Shown one piece after another: positions 30,301 to 42,660 of a stretch of 64,000 bases of DNA. The DNA is taken from the NCBI GenBank assembly GCA_030390025.1, contig CM059432.1, positions 113,028,001 through 113,092,000 on the forward strand. Direction: 5' to 3'. This stretch comes from Squalus acanthias (lineage: Eukaryota). The notes beneath the pieces were generated by a model. The model was given only the letters and a program-made list of their open reading frames with translations, had not been told where the DNA came from and ran no database searches. The translations under genes were made by a program, and so were the position numbers. Positions within the stretch are counted from its first letter, which is position 1; the number at the start of each line of letters is the position of its first letter.

Positions 30301-33300
30301 TCTAGGATTTACTGTACACCCGGTCGAGGAATTAGTGTCCGCCTGGTCTAGGAAGCACTGTACACCTAGTCTAGAAATTTGTGTACACCTAGTCTAGGAA
30401 TTACTGTACACCCGGTCTCGGAATCATTGTACACACAATCTAAGAATTACTGTACACCCGGTCTAGGAATCACTACACACTCAGTCTAGGAATACAGTAC
30501 ACCCGATCTAAGAATCACTATACACCCAGAATAGGAATCACTGTACACCCAGTCTAGGAATTACTGCAAACTCAGTCTAGGAATCACTGTACACCCGGTA
30601 TAGGAATTACTGTACACCCGTTCTAGGAATCACTGTACACACATTCTAGGAATCACTGTAAACCCGGTCTAGGAATTACTTTAAACCCAGTATAAGGATT
30701 AGTGTACACCCAGTCTAGGAATTAGTGTACACCCGGTCTAGGAATTAATGTACACCCGGTCTAGGAATCACAGTACACCCGGTCGAGGAATCACTGTACA
30801 CCCAGTCCAGGAATCACTGTACACCCGGTCTAGGAATCACTGTACACCCCGTCTAAGAATTGCTGTTCACCCGGTCTAGGAATCACTGTACACCCGGTCG
30901 AGGAATCACTGTACACCCAGTCCAGGAATCACTGTACACCCGGTCTAAGAATCACTGTACACCCGGTCTAGGAATCACTGTACACCCAGTCTAGGAATCA
31001 CTATACACCCAGACTAGGAATCACTGTTCACCCGGTCTCGGAATCACTGTTCACCCGGTCTAGGGATCACTGTTCACCCGGTCTAGAGATCACTGTTCAC
31101 CCGGTCTGGGAATCACTATACACCCGGTCTAGGAATTAATGTACTCCCGGACTAGCAATTACTGTACACCCGGTCTAGGAATCACTGTCCACATGGTATA
31201 GGAATTACTGTACACCCAGTCTAGGAATCACTGTACACCCGGTCTAGGAATCACTTTACACCCGGTCTAGGAATCATTGTACACCAGGTTTACGAATCAC
31301 TGTACACCTGGTCTAAGACTCAATGTACACCCGATCTAGTGATCACTGTTCACCCGGTCTAGGAATCAATGTACAGCAGGTCTAGGATTCATGTACACCC
31401 TGTCTAGGAATCACTATACACCCAGAATAGGAATCACTGTACACCCAGTCTAGGAATTACTGCAAACCCAGTCTAGGAATCACTGCACACCCGGTATAGG
31501 AATTACTGTACACCCGTTCTAGGAATCACTGTACACACGTTCTAGGAATCACTGTAAACCCGGTCTAGGAATTACTTTAAACCCAGTATAAGGATTAGTG
31601 TACACCCGGTCTAGGAATCACTGTTAATCCAGTCTAAGGATTAGTGTACTCCCGGTCTAGGAATCACTGTAAACCCAGTATAAGGATTAGTGTACACCCG
31701 GTCTAGGAATCACTGTTCACCTGGTCTAGGAATCACTGTACACCCGGTCTAGGAAGCACTGTACACCCGGTCTAGGAATCACTGTACACCCGGTCTAGGA
31801 ATCACTGTACACACGGTCTAGGATTTACTGTACACCCGGTCGAGGAAGCACTGTACACCCTGTCTAGGAATCACTGTACACCCGGTCTAGGAATCACTAT
31901 ACACCCGGTCTAGGAATCACAGTACACCTGTCTAGGAATCACTGTACACACGGTCCAGGAATCACTGTATACCCGGTCTAGGAATCACTGTACACCCGGT
32001 CTAGGAATCACAGTACACCTGTCTAGGAATCACAGTACACACAGTCTCGGAATCACTGTACACCCGGTCTAGGAATCACTGTGCACCCAGTCTTGGAATC
32101 ACAGTACACTCGGTCTAGGAATTGCTGTTCACCCGGCCTAGGAATCACTGTACACCCGGTCTAGGAATAACTGTACACCCGGTCTAGGAATCACAGTACA
32201 CCCGGTCTAGGAATCACTGTACACCCAGTCTTGGAATCACTGTACACCCGGTCTGGGAATTGCTGTTCACCCGGTCTAGGAATCACTGTATGCCCGGTCT
32301 AGGAATAACTGTACACCCGGTCTAGGAATTACTGTACACCCGGTCTAGGAATTAATGTACACCCGGTCTAGGAATCACAGTACACCCGGTCTAGGAATTA
32401 CTGTACACCCGGTCTAAGAAATATTGTACACCGGGTCGAGGAATCACTGTACACCCAGTCTAGTAATCACTGTACACCCGGTCTCGGAATCGCTGTACAC
32501 CTAGTCTACGTATCAGTGTACATGCAATCTAGGAATCACTGTACACCTGGTCTAGTTATCACTGTACATCGGATCTAGGAAACACTGTACACCCGGTCTA
32601 GGAATCACTGTACACCCGGTCTAGGAAGCACTGTATACCCAGTCTAGGAATTACTGCAAACCCAGTCTAGGAATCACTGTACACCCGGTATAGGAATTAC
32701 TGTACACCCGTTCTAGGAATCACTGTACACACGTTCTACGAATCACTGTAAACCCGGTCTAGGAATTACTTTAAACCCAGTATAAGGATTAGTGTACACC
32801 CGGTCTAGGAATTAGTGTACACCCGGTCTAGGAATTAATGTACACCCGGTCTAGGAATCACAGTACACCCGGTCGAGGTATCACTGTACACCCAGTCCAG
32901 GAATCACTGTACACCCGGTCTAGGAATCACTGTACACCCGGTCTAGGAATCACTGTACAACCGATCTAGTAATCACTGTACACCCGGTCTAGGAATCACT
33001 GTACACCTAGTCTACATATCAGTGTACACACAATCTAGGAATCACTGTACACCCAGTCTAGGAATCACTATACACCCAGTCTAGGAATCACTATACACCC
33101 AGACTAGGGATCACTGTTCACCCAGACTAGGAATCACTGTTCACCCGGTCTCGGAATCACTGTTCACCCGGTCTAGGGATCACTGTTCACCCGGTCTAGA
33201 GATCACTGTTCACCCGGTCTGGGAATCACTATACACCCGGTCTAGGAATTAATGTACTCCCGGACTAGCAATTACTGTACACCCGTTCGGGGAATTAGTG

Positions 33301-36300
33301 TCCGCATGGTCTAGGAATAACTGTACACCCAGTCTAAGAATTACTGTATACCCGGTCGAGGAATGACTGTACACCTGGTCTAGGAATCATGTACACCCGG
33401 TCTAGGAATCACTGTCCACATGGTATAGGAATTACTGTACACCCAGTCTAGGAATCACTGTACACCCGGTCTAGGAATCACTTGACACCCAGTCTAGGAA
33501 TCATTGTACACCAGGTTTACGAATCACTGTACACCTGGTCTAAGACTCAATGTACACCCGGTCTAGTGATCACTGTTCACCCGGTCTAGGAATCAATGTA
33601 CAGCAGGTCTAGGATTCATGTACACCCTGTCTAGGAATCACTTTCCACCCAGAATAGGAATCACTGTACACCCAGTCTAGGAATTACTGCAAACCCAGTC
33701 TAGGAATCACTGCACACCCGGTATAGGAATTACTGTACACCCGTTCTAGGAATCACTGTACACACGTTCTAGGAATCACTGTAAACCCGGTCTAGGAATT
33801 ACTTTAAACCCAGTATAAGGATTAGTGTACACCCGGTCTAGGAATCACTGTTAATCCAGTCTAAGGATTAGTGTACTCCCGGTCTAGGAATCACTGTAAA
33901 CCCAGTGTAAGGATTAGTGTACACCCGGTCTAGGAATCACTGTGAACCCAGTATAAGGATTAGTGTACTCCTGGTCTAGGAATCACTGTAAACCCAGTAT
34001 AAGGATTAGTGTACACCCGGTCTAGGAATCACTGTTCACCTGGTCTAGGAAGCACTGTACACCCGGTCTAGGAATCACTGTACACCCGGTCTAGGAATCA
34101 CTGTACACACGGTCTAGGATTTACTGTACACCCGGTCGAGGAAGCACTGTACACCCTGTCTAGGAATCACTGTACACCCGGTCTAGGAATCACTATACAC
34201 CCGGTCTAGGAATCACAGTACACCTGTCTAGGAATCACTGTACACACGGTCCAGGAATCACTGTACACCCGGTCTAGGAATCACTGTACACCCGGTCTAG
34301 GAATCACAGTACACCTGTCTAGGAATCACAGTACACACAGTCTCGGAATCACTGTACACCCGGTCTAGGAATCACTGTGCACCCAGTCTTGGAATCACAG
34401 TACACCCGGTCTAGGAATTGCTGTTCACCCGGTCTAGGAATCACTGTACACCCGGTCTAGGAATAACTGTACACCCGGTCTAGGAATCACTGTGCACCCA
34501 GTCTTGGAATCACAGTACACTCGGTCTAGGAATTGCTGTTCACCCGGTCTAGGAATCACTGTACACCCGGTCTAGGAATAACTGTACACCTGTTCTAGGA
34601 ATCACAGTACACCCGGTCTAGGAATCACTGTACACCCAGTCTTGGAATCACAGTACACCCGGTCTAGGAATTGCTGTTCACCCGGTCTAGGAATCACTGT
34701 ACGCCCGGTCTAGGAATAACTGTACACCCGGTCTAGGAATTACTGTACACCCGGTCTAGGAATTAATGTACACCCGGTCTAGGAATCACAGTACACCCGG
34801 TCTAGGAATTACTGTACACCCGGTCCAGGAATCACTGTACACCCGGTCTAAGAAATATTGTACACCGGGTCGAGGAATCACTGTACACCCAGTCTAGTAA
34901 TCACTGTACACCCGGTCTAGGAATCGCTGTACACCTAGTCTACGTATCAGTGTACACGCAATCTAGGAATCACTGTACACCCGGTCTAGTTATCACTGTA
35001 CATCGGAGCTAGGAAACACTGTACACCCGGTCTAGGAATTACTGTACACCCGGTCTAGGAATTAGTGAACACCCGGTCTAGGAATTAATGTACACCCGGT
35101 CGAGGAATTAGTGTCCACCTGGTCTAGGAAGCACTGTACACCTAGTCTAGAAATTTGTGTACATCTAGTCTAGGAATTACTGTACACCCGGTCTCGGAAT
35201 CATTGTACACACAGTCTAAGAATTACAGTACACCCGGTCTAGGAATTACTACACACTCAGTCTTGGAATAACTGTACACCCGATCTAAGAATCACTATAC
35301 ACCCAGAATAGGAATCACTGCACACCCAGTCTAGGAATTACTGCAAACCCAGTCTAGGAATCACTGTACACCCGGTATAGGAATTACTGTACACCCGTTC
35401 TAGGAATCACTGTACACACGTTCTAGGAATCACTGTAAACCCGGTCTAGGAATTACTTTAAACCCAGTATAAGGATTAGTGTACACCCGGTCTAGGAATC
35501 ACTGTTCACCTGGTCTAGGAATCACTGTACACCCGGTCTAGGAAGCACTGTACACCCGGTCCAGGAATCACTGTACACCCGGTCTAGGAATCACTGTACA
35601 CCCGGTCTAGGAATCACTGTACAACCGATCTAGCAATCACTGTACACCCGGTCTAGGAATCACTGTACACCTAGTCTACGTATCAGTGGACACACAATCT
35701 AGGAATCACTGTAGACCCAGTCTAGGAATCACTATACACCCAGTCTAGGAATCACTATGCACCCAGACTAGGGATCACTGTTCACCCAGACTAGGAATCA
35801 CTGTTCACCCGGTCTCGGAATCACTGTTCACCCGGTCTAGGGATCACTGTTCACCTGGTCTAGAGATCACTGTTCACCCGGTCTGGGAAGCACTATACAC
35901 CCGGTCTAGGAATTAATGTACTCCCGGACTAGCAATTACTGTACACCCGTTCGAGGAATTAGTGTCCGCATGGTCTAGGAATCACTGTACACCCAGTCTA
36001 AGAATTACTGTACACCCGGTCGAGGAATGACTATACACCTGGTCTAGGAATCATGTACACCCGGTCTAGGAATCACTGTCCACATGGTATAGGAATTACT
36101 GTACACCCAGTCTAGGAATCACTTTACACCCGGTCTAGGAATCATTGTACACCAGGTTTACGAATCACTGTACACCTGGTCTAAGACTCAATGTACACCC
36201 GGTCTAGTGATCACTGTTCACCCGGTCCAGGAATCACTGTTCACCTGGTCTAGGAATCACTGTACACCCGGTCTAGGAAGCACTGTACACCCGTTCTAGG

Positions 36301-39300
36301 AATCACTGTACACACGGTCTAGGATTTACTGTACACCCGGTCGAGGAAGCACTGTACACCCTGTCTAGGAATCACTGTACACCCGGTCTAGGAATCACTA
36401 TACACCCGGTCTAGGAATCACAGTACACCTGTCTAGGAATCACTGTACACACGGTCCAGGAATCACTGTACACCCGGTCTAGGAATCACTGTACACACAG
36501 TCTCGGAATCACTGTACACCCGGTCTAGGAATCACTGTGCACCCAGTCTTGGAATCACAGTACACCCGGTCTAGGAATTGCTGTTCACCAGGTCTAGGAA
36601 TCACTGTACACCCGGTCTAGGAATAACTGTACACCCGGTCTAGGAATCACTGTGCACCCAGTCTTGGAATCACAGTACACTCGGTCTAGGAATTGCTGTT
36701 CACCCAGTCTAGGAATCACTGTACACCCGGTCTAGGAATAACTGTACACCCGGTCTAGGAATCACAGTACACCCGGTCTAGGAATCACTGTACACCCAGT
36801 CTTGGAATCACAGTACACCCGGTCTAGGAATTGCTGTTCACCCGGTCTAGGAATCACTGTACGCCCGGTCTAGGAATAACTGTACACCCGGTCTAGGAAT
36901 TACAGTACACCTGTCTTGGAATCACTGTACACCCGGTCTAGGAATCACTGTACACCCCGTCTAAGAATTGCTGTTCACCCGGTCTAGGAATCACTGTACA
37001 CCCGGTCGAGGAATCACTGTACACCCAGTCCAGGAATCACTGTACACCCGGTCTAAGAATCACTGTACACCCGGTCTAGGAATCACTGTACACCCAGTCT
37101 AGGAATCACTATACACCCAGACTAGGGATCACTGTTCACCCAGACTAGGAATCACTGTTCACCCGGTCTCGGAATCACTGTTCACCCGGTCTAGGGATCA
37201 CTGTTCACCCGGTCTAGAGATCACTGTTCACCCGGTCTGGGAATCACTATACACCCGGTCTAGGAATTAATGTACTCCCGGACTAGCAATTACTGTACAC
37301 CCGTTCGGGGAATCACTGTCCACATGGTATAGGAATTACTGTACACCCAGTCTAGGAATCACTGTACACCCGGTCTAGGAATCACTTTACACCCGGTCTA
37401 GGAATCATTGTACACCAGGTTTACGAATCACTGTACACCTGGTCTAAGACTCAATGTACACCCGGTCTAGTGATCACTGTTCACCCGGTCTAGGAATCAA
37501 TGTACAGCAGGTCTAGGATTAATGTACACCCTGTCTAGGAATCACTATACACCCAGAATAGGAATCACTGTACACCCAGTCTAGGAATTACTGCAAACCC
37601 AGTCTAGGAATCACTGCACACCCGGTATAGGAATTACTGTACACCCGTTCTAGGAATCACTGTACACACGTTCTAGGAATCACTGTAAACCCGGTCTTGG
37701 AATTACTTTAAACCCAGTATAAGGATTAGTGTACTCCTGGTCTAGGAATCACTGTAAACCCAGTATAAGGATTAGTGTACACCCGGTCTAGGAATCACTG
37801 TTAACCCAGTATAAGGATTAGTGTACTCCTGGTCTAGGAATCACTGTAAACCCAGTATAAGGATTAGTGTACACCCGGTCTAGGAATCACTGTTCACCTG
37901 GTCTAGGAATCACTGTACACCCGGTCTAGGAAGCACTGTACACCCGGTCTAGGAATCACTGTACACCCGGTCTAGGAATCACTGTACACACGGTCTAGGA
38001 TTTACTGTACAGCCGGTCGAGGAAGCACTGTACACCCTGTCTAGGAATCACTGTACACCCGGTCTAGGAATCACTATACACCCGGTCTAGGAATCACAGT
38101 ACACCTGTCTAGGAATCACTGTACACACGGTCCAGGAATCACTGTATACCCGGTCTAGGAATCACTGTACACCCGGTCTTGGAATCACAGTACACCTGTC
38201 TAGGAATCACAGTACACACAGTCTCGGAATCACTGTACAGCCGGTCTAGGAATCACTGTGCACCCAGTCTTGGAATCACAGTACACTCGGTCTAGGAATT
38301 GCTGTTCACCCGGTCTAGGAATCACTGTACACCCGGTCTAGGAATAACTGTACACCCGGTCTAGGAATCACAGTACACCCGGTCTAGGAATCACTGTACA
38401 CCCAGTCTTGGAATCACAGTACACCCGGTCTGGGAATTGCTGTTCACCCGGTCTAGGAATCACTGTATGCCCGGTCTAGGAATAACTGTACACCCGGTCT
38501 AGGAATTACTGTACACCCGGTCTAGGAATTAATGTACACCCGGTCTAGGAATCACAGTACACCCGGTGTAGGAATTACTGTACACCCGGTCTAAGAAATA
38601 TTGTACACCGGGTCGAGGAATCACTGTACACCCAGTCTAGTAATCACTGTACACCCGGTCTCGGAATCGCTGTACACCTAGTCTACGTATCAGTGTACAT
38701 GCAATCTAGGAATCACTGTACACCCGGTCTAGTTATCACTGTACATCGGATCTAGGAAACACTGTACACCCGGTCTAGGAATTACTGTACACCCGGTCTA
38801 GGAATCAGTGAACACCCGGTCTATGAATTAATGAACACCCGGTCGAGGAATTAGTGTCCGCCTGGTCTAGGAAGCACTGTACACCTCGTCTAGAAATTTG
38901 TGTACACCTAGTCTAGGAATTACTGTACACCCGGTCTCGGAATCATTGTACACACAGTCTAAGAATTACTGTACACCCGGTCTAGGAATCACTACACACT
39001 CAGTCTAGGAATAACTGTACACCCGATCTAAGAATCACTATACACCCAGAATAGGAATCACTGTACACCCAGTCTAGGAATTACTGCAAACCCAGTCGAG
39101 GAATCACTGTACACCCGGTATAGGAATTACTGTACACCCGTTCTAGGAATCACTGTACACACATTCTAGGAATCACTGTAAACCCGGTCTAGGAATTACT
39201 TTAAACCCAGTATAAGGATTAGTGTACACCCGGTCTAGGAATTAGTGTACACCCGGTCTAGGAATTAATGTACACCCGGTCTAGGAATCACAGTACACCC

Positions 39301-40170
39301 GGTCGAGGAATCACTGTACACCCAGTCCAGGAATCACTGTACACCCGGTCTAGGAATCACTGTACACCCGGTCTCGGAATCACTGTACAACCGATCTAGT
39401 AATCACTGTACACCCGGTCTAGGAATCACTGTACACCTAGTCTACATATCAGTGTACACACAATCTAGGAATCACTGTACACCCAGTCTAGGAATCACTA
39501 TACAACCAGTCTAGGAATCACTATACACCCAGACTAGGGATCACTGTTCACCCAGACTAGGAATCACTGTTCACCCGGTCTCGGAATCACTGTTCACCCG
39601 TTCTAGGGATCACTGTTCACCCGGTCTAGAGATCACTGTTCACCCGGTCTGGGAATCACTATACACCCGGTCTAGGAATTAATGTACTCCCGGACTAGCA
39701 ATTACTGTACACCCGTTCGGGGAATTAGTGTCCGCATGGTCTAGGAATCACTGTACACCCAGTCTAAGAATTACTGTACACCCGGTCGAGGAATGACTGT
39801 ACACCTGGTCTAGGAATTAATGTACACCCGGTCGAGGAATTAGTGTCCACCAGGTATAGGAAGGCACTGGACATCATAGTCTAGAAATTTGTGTACATTG
39901 TCTAGGAATTACTGTACACCCGGTCTCGGAATCTTTGTACAACACAGTCCTAAGATTTACAGTACACCGGTCTGGATTATACACACTCAGTTTGGAATAA
40001 CTGTACACCGATCTAAGAATCATATACACCCAGAATTAGGATTCACTGTCTCCAGTCTAGGTATTACTGCAAAACCCAGTCTAGGAATCACTGATAACAC
40101 CCGGTATTAGGCGATTACTGTACACCCGTTCTAGGGATTCACTGTACACGGTTCTAGGAATCACTGTAAA
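378..40170 (+). repeat. 23-bp tandem satellite, left array (about 1,730 monomers), consensus GGTCTAGGAATCACTGTACACCC
   Basis: Continuous head-to-tail copies with a period of 23 nt and no spacers. There are frequent single-base variants and 22-bp variants (e.g. CACAGTACACCTGTCTAGG). Monomer count is estimated as length/23. Confidence 0.99.
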
Positions 40171-40286
40171 NNNNNNNNNNNNNNNNNNNNNNNNNNNNNN
40201 NNNNNNNNNNNNNNNNNNNNNNNNNNNNNNNNNNNNNNNNNNNNNNNNNNNNNNNNNNNNNNNNNNNNNNNNNNNNNNNNNNNNNN
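40171..40286. other. Assembly gap (116 N)
   Basis: Run of N. The ~330 bp just upstream is indel-rich, as expected at a contig end. Confidence 0.99.
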
Positions 40287-41414
40287 CTCTACCCCTGGTC
40301 TAGGAATCAGTGTACACCAGGTCTAGGAATTACTGTACACCCGGTCTAGGAATCACTGTACACCCAGTCTAGGAATCAGTGTACGCCCCGTCTAGGAATT
40401 ATTGTTCACCCGGTCTAGGAACTACTGTACACCCGGTCTAGAAATCAGTGTACACTCGGTGCAGGAATCACTATGCACCCGATATTGGAATCACTGTACA
40501 CCTGACTAGAAACTACTGTGCACCCCGGTCTAGGAATCACTGTACATCCGGTCTAGGAACTAATGGGCACCCCCAGTCTAGGAATCACTGTACACCCGGA
40601 CAAAGAATCACATTACACACGGTCTAGGAATCACTGTACACCCAGTCTAGTAATCACTGTACACTCAGTCTAGGAATCACTGTACACCCGATTGAGGAAT
40701 CACTGTACACCCAGTCTTGGAATCACTGTACACCTGCTCTAGGAATCACTGTACACCCGGACTTGGAATCACTGTACACCCGGTCAAGGAATCACTGTAC
40801 ACCAGTTCTAGGAATCACTGTACACACAGTCTTGGAATCACTGTAAACCCACTCTAGGAATTACTGTACACCCGGTCTAGGAATCACTGCACAACCGGTC
40901 TATAAATTATTGTACTCCCGTTCTAGGATTAACTGTACACTCGATCTAGGAATAACTGAACACCCGGTCTAGGAATCACTGTACACCAGCTCTAGGAATC
41001 ACTGTACACCCATTCTAGGAATCACTGTAAACCCGATCTTGGAATCACTGCACAACCGGTCTAGAAATTACTGTACACCCGGTCTAGGAATCATTTTACA
41101 CCCGGTCTAGGATTAACTGTACACTCAATCTGGGAATAACTGAACACCCGGACTAGGAATCACATTAAACACGGTCTAGGATTCAGTGTACACCAGGTCT
41201 TGGAATCACTGTACACCCGGTCTCGGAATCACTGTACACCCGTTCTAGGAATCACTGTACACCTGGCCTAGAACTACTGTGCTCCCGGTCTCGGAATCAC
41301 TTTCGACCCGATCTAGGAATCACTGTACACCCGGTCTAGGAATCACTGTACACCTGGTCTAGGAATCACTTTTCACCCGGTCTAGGAATCGCTGTACACC
41401 CGTATTTGGAATCA
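40287..41414 (+). repeat. 23-bp satellite, more diverged monomers
   Basis: Same consensus and orientation as the left array, with more substitutions per monomer. Confidence 0.97.
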
Positions 41415-42660
41415 TAGAATCATAGAAGATAGGAGCAGGAGTAGGCCATTCGGCCCCTCTACCCTGCTCCGCCATTCAATGCGATCATGGCTGATCATCC
41501 AAATTCAGTACCCTGTCCCGGCTTTCTCCCCATATCCCTTGATCCCTTTAGCTTTAAGAAATATATCTAACTCCTTCTTCAATATATTTAATGAATTGGC
41601 CTCAACTGCCTTCTGTGGCAGAGAATTCCACAGGTTCACCACTGTCTGGGTGAAGAAATTCCTCCTCCTTTCTGTCCTAAATGGCTTACCCCTTATCCTC
41701 AGACTGTGACCCCTGGTTCTGGGCTCCCCGAACATCGGGAACATCCTTCCTGCATCTAGTTTGTCCTGTCCTGTCAGAATTTTATAAGTTTCAATGAGAT
41801 CCCCTCTCATTCTTCTAAACTCCAGCGAGTATAAGCCCAATCGACCCAATCTCTCTTCATACGCCATTCCTGCCATCCCAGGTATCAGCCTTGTGAATCT
41901 TCGCTGAACTCCTTCCATGGCAAGAACATCCTTCCTCAGATAAGGCGACCAAAACTGCACACAGTATTCAAGGTGTGGTCTCACCAAGGCCGTGTACAAC
42001 TGCAGCAAGACATCCTTGATCCTGTACTCAAACCCTCTCGCTATGAAGACCAACATACCATTTGCCTTCTTAACCGCCTGCTGCACCTGCATGCTTACCT
42101 TCAGCGACTGGTGCACAAGGACACTCAGGTCTCGTTGCACTTCCCCTTCTCCCAATCTATTGCCATTCAGATAATAATCTGCCTTTCTGTTTTTGACACC
42201 AAAGTGGATAACCTCGCATTTATCCACGTTATATTGCATCTGCCACGCTTCTGCCCAATCACCCAACCTGTCCAAATCATCCTGGAGTTACTCTGCATCT
42301 TCCTCGCAGCACACATGCCCACCCAGTTTTGTGACGTCTGCAAACTTGGAGATATTACATCTAGTTCCCTTGTCTAGATCATTAATATATATTGTGAATA
42401 GCTGGGGTCCAAGGACCGATCCCTGCGGTACCCCACTAGTCACTGCCTGCTACTTGGAAAAAGACCCGTTTATTCCAACTCTTTGCTTTCTGTCTGCCAA
42501 CCAGTTCTCTATCCAAGTCCATACCTAGCCCCCAATCCCATGTGCCTTAACTTTACACGCTAATCTCTTATGCGGGACCTTATCAAAAGCCTTTTGGAAG
42601 TCCAAATACACCACATCCACTGCTTCTCCCTTATCTATTTTACCAGTTACATTCTCAAAA
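41415..42660 (-). mobile_element. 5'-truncated CR1-clade LINE: RT domain to ORF2 end, 3'UTR hairpin and (TTCTATGA)n tail; inactivated
   Basis: Minus strand reads [51 protein letters not shown], with FADD changed to FADV and three in-frame stops. ORF 41505..42275 follows (LVRPHLEYCVQFWSP..FFTQTVVNLWNSLP..KGIKGYG). The 3'UTR has the inverted repeat GGAGCAGG (41432-41439)/CCTGCTCC (41463-41470) and the tail TAGAATCATAGAA on +. AATCA flanks both ends (41410-41414, 42661-42665). Confidence 0.95.

Noticed and set aside
41505..42275. 256-aa ORF as a functional or domesticated gene
   Set aside because: It is the C-terminal part of CR1 ORF2 in a 5'-truncated copy. The upstream RT has three stops and FADD changed to FADV, and the ORF begins at TTG rather than ATG.
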